Assembly (NCBI RefSeq): GCF_026626665.1
Contig: NZ_JAPNKE010000002.1
Span: forward strand, 1,485,204 to 1,549,203
Source of the DNA: Nannocystis pusilla
Lineage (GTDB): Bacteria > Myxococcota_A > Polyangia > Nannocystales > Nannocystaceae
DNA length: 64,000 nt
Direction: 5' to 3'
The translations under genes were made by a program, and so were the position numbers. Under the pieces are notes generated by a model. It made no database searches, was not told where the DNA came from, and worked only from the letters and a program-made list of their open reading frames with translations. This document shows positions 62,724 to 64,000 of this stretch, piece by piece. The first letter of the stretch is position 1; every line of letters starts with the position of its first letter.

Positions 62724-64000
62724 GCGGCGGGGGAAGAGTACCCCTCGGCGAGCGCGTTGGCGACCTCGGTATAGGCGTAATCGCTGACGCGTTCGTCGAT
62801 GCGCATGCGCAGCAGCGCCTTGCTGCGGCAGGTGGCCGCGAAGAAGAACGCGCGATCGTCGGCGCACGCGCGCGCGAGCGCCGGATCGATCGCCCAGCGA
62901 TCCCACTCACGCTGGCAGATCCGCCGCACCGCGGGCCACAGGACGGCGGGATCGGGGCCGCCGGCGTCGTCGACCCAACCGATCACAGCCGCGAGGTGGG
63001 CGTGTACGAGGGTGTGCAGCAGCTTGCCCTGCGCCTCGGCGAGGTCGGAGGTCAGGGTGAAGGAGTCGGGCGCGAGCGCGGGGGCGTGGCCGGCCGCGGC
63101 CAGCCGCCCGCGGTGGAGCCGCACGCCGCCGAGGTCGCGGACGACGAAGCCGCAGGGGCGCCCGGCGTGGACGAGGAGGGTGTTTTGCAGGTGCGCCTCG
63201 AGGGCGACGCCGTGGGCGGTGAGCAGGCGCAGGGCCGCGGGGACGAGGAGGTCGAGGTAGTCGTGGAAGAAGGCCGCGAGGCGCGCGCGCAGATCGCCGG
63301 GGTAGTCGGCGGCGAGCTCGCGCAGCAAGAGATCGCCGCCGGGCCGATGCTCGCCGAGCGCGGCGCAGACGACGAGCTGCGGGGTGCGCGATCGTACATG
63401 CTTAAAGAAATGTCGTGCGGGACAGGTCCTCGGGGGCATGTTCCTGGGGGAATGTCGCGAAGGACAGGTCGGAAGGGGCAGGTGCGCGGGGGGCGAGTTC
63501 GGCGTCGCGCGGGACGGGTCGGTGGTTGCGCCGAGGATGGCGGGCAGGGCGGCGTGGAGCTCCTGGGCGAGGGTGGCGGGGTCGGGGCGGAGGACGGCGC
63601 CGAGCTGGCCGGCGGCGGCGCCGTGGCGCGGGTGCAGGCCGGCGGCGGCGAGGTCGGGCTGGATCTGCAGGCCGCGGCGGGTCTGCGGGTCGGCGGCCTG
63701 GATCGCGGCCAGGAGGGCGGCGATCGCCGGGCCGTTGTGCACCGAGGCGGGCGAGACCTGGCGCCGCGCGCTGGTGGTGTGGATGTCGACGGCGAGCTTG
63801 AGGTGCAGCGCGGGCGCGGCGAGGGCGACGGTGCGCAGGCTGAGCAGGGCGCGGGCGGGGAGCGGGGGCAGGCCGGCGGGGCGGACCTCGCGGCCCCACA
63901 GCGGGCCGAGCAGGCGCGGGAGGCGGCGCAGCTGGAGGGCGTGGACGGGCAGCCGGACCAGGCCGGGCGACGGGGCGGGGAAGAGGGCGCGCGCGAGGTC
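62720..64000 (-). CDS. IucA/IucC-family (NIS) siderophore synthetase, 3' portion; gene continues beyond the window end
   Basis: The frame is open to the window edge. It contains …[10 protein letters not shown]… (compare the LPVHPWQ motif) near 63930 and …[14 protein letters not shown]…RDLGGVRLH… (the H-x-QN motif) near 63200. Its stop overlaps the prs start (ATGA). A 14-bp repeat array at 63396-63482 is translated in-frame. Confidence 0.6.
63396..63482. repeat. 14-bp periodic repeat array, about 6 units, in-frame inside the NIS synthetase ORF
   Basis: atgtcgtgcgggacaggtcctcgggggcatgttcctgggggaatgtcgcgaaggacaggtcggaaggggcagg. Confidence 0.65.

Overview
High-GC window (roughly 70-75% by eye; not computed) with deltaproteobacterial / myxobacterial gene content: eukaryotic-like Ser/Thr kinase with TPR, FG-GAP/EGF lipoprotein, TSP3-OmpA, LDL-receptor class A repeats, many ECF sigma factors and lipoproteins. 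The organism assignment is an inference from gene content only. Core genes recognised with good support: trpE-trpG-trpD-trpC-trpF operon, typA/bipA, rlmE, an rplC-like gene, tatD, gcvT-gcvH, kynureninase, an alkyltransferase-like protein, pcm, nadE, prs, a tldD/pmbA pair, a hybrid PAS histidine kinase, and an IucA/IucC-type (NIS) siderophore synthetase that runs off the window end. Three things stand out. (1) A roughly 3-kb low-GC island (about 34.63-37.70 kb, roughly 50-57% GC against over 70% in the flanks) carries a tightly packed plus-strand module. It comprises a Hanks-type Ser/Thr kinase flanked by three small proteins whose sequences match Death-like / effector-associated-domain (EAD) helical modules. 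No STAND NTPase is present, and in-frame TGA stops sit at two junctions. This is the best candidate for an undescribed horizontally acquired signalling or conflict module. (2) A pervasive 14-bp periodic tandem repeat with a palindromic core close to GGGACATGTCC occurs in arrays of 2-10 units at almost every intergenic gap, at least 17 arrays in 64 kb. Adjacent units can pair into hairpins with a 10-bp stem and 4-nt loop, so this is a REP-like family. Two arrays are embedded in-frame within coding sequence. (3) Many conserved genes show apparent frameshifts, mostly at homopolymer or (GC)n runs: tetR, ompA-like, tldD, the cytochrome c peroxidase family gene, the SRPBCC gene, nadE and prs. This suggests assembly indel errors, possibly mixed with a few real pseudogenes, so pseudogene calls below are tentative. 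No tRNA, rRNA or CRISPR array was found.
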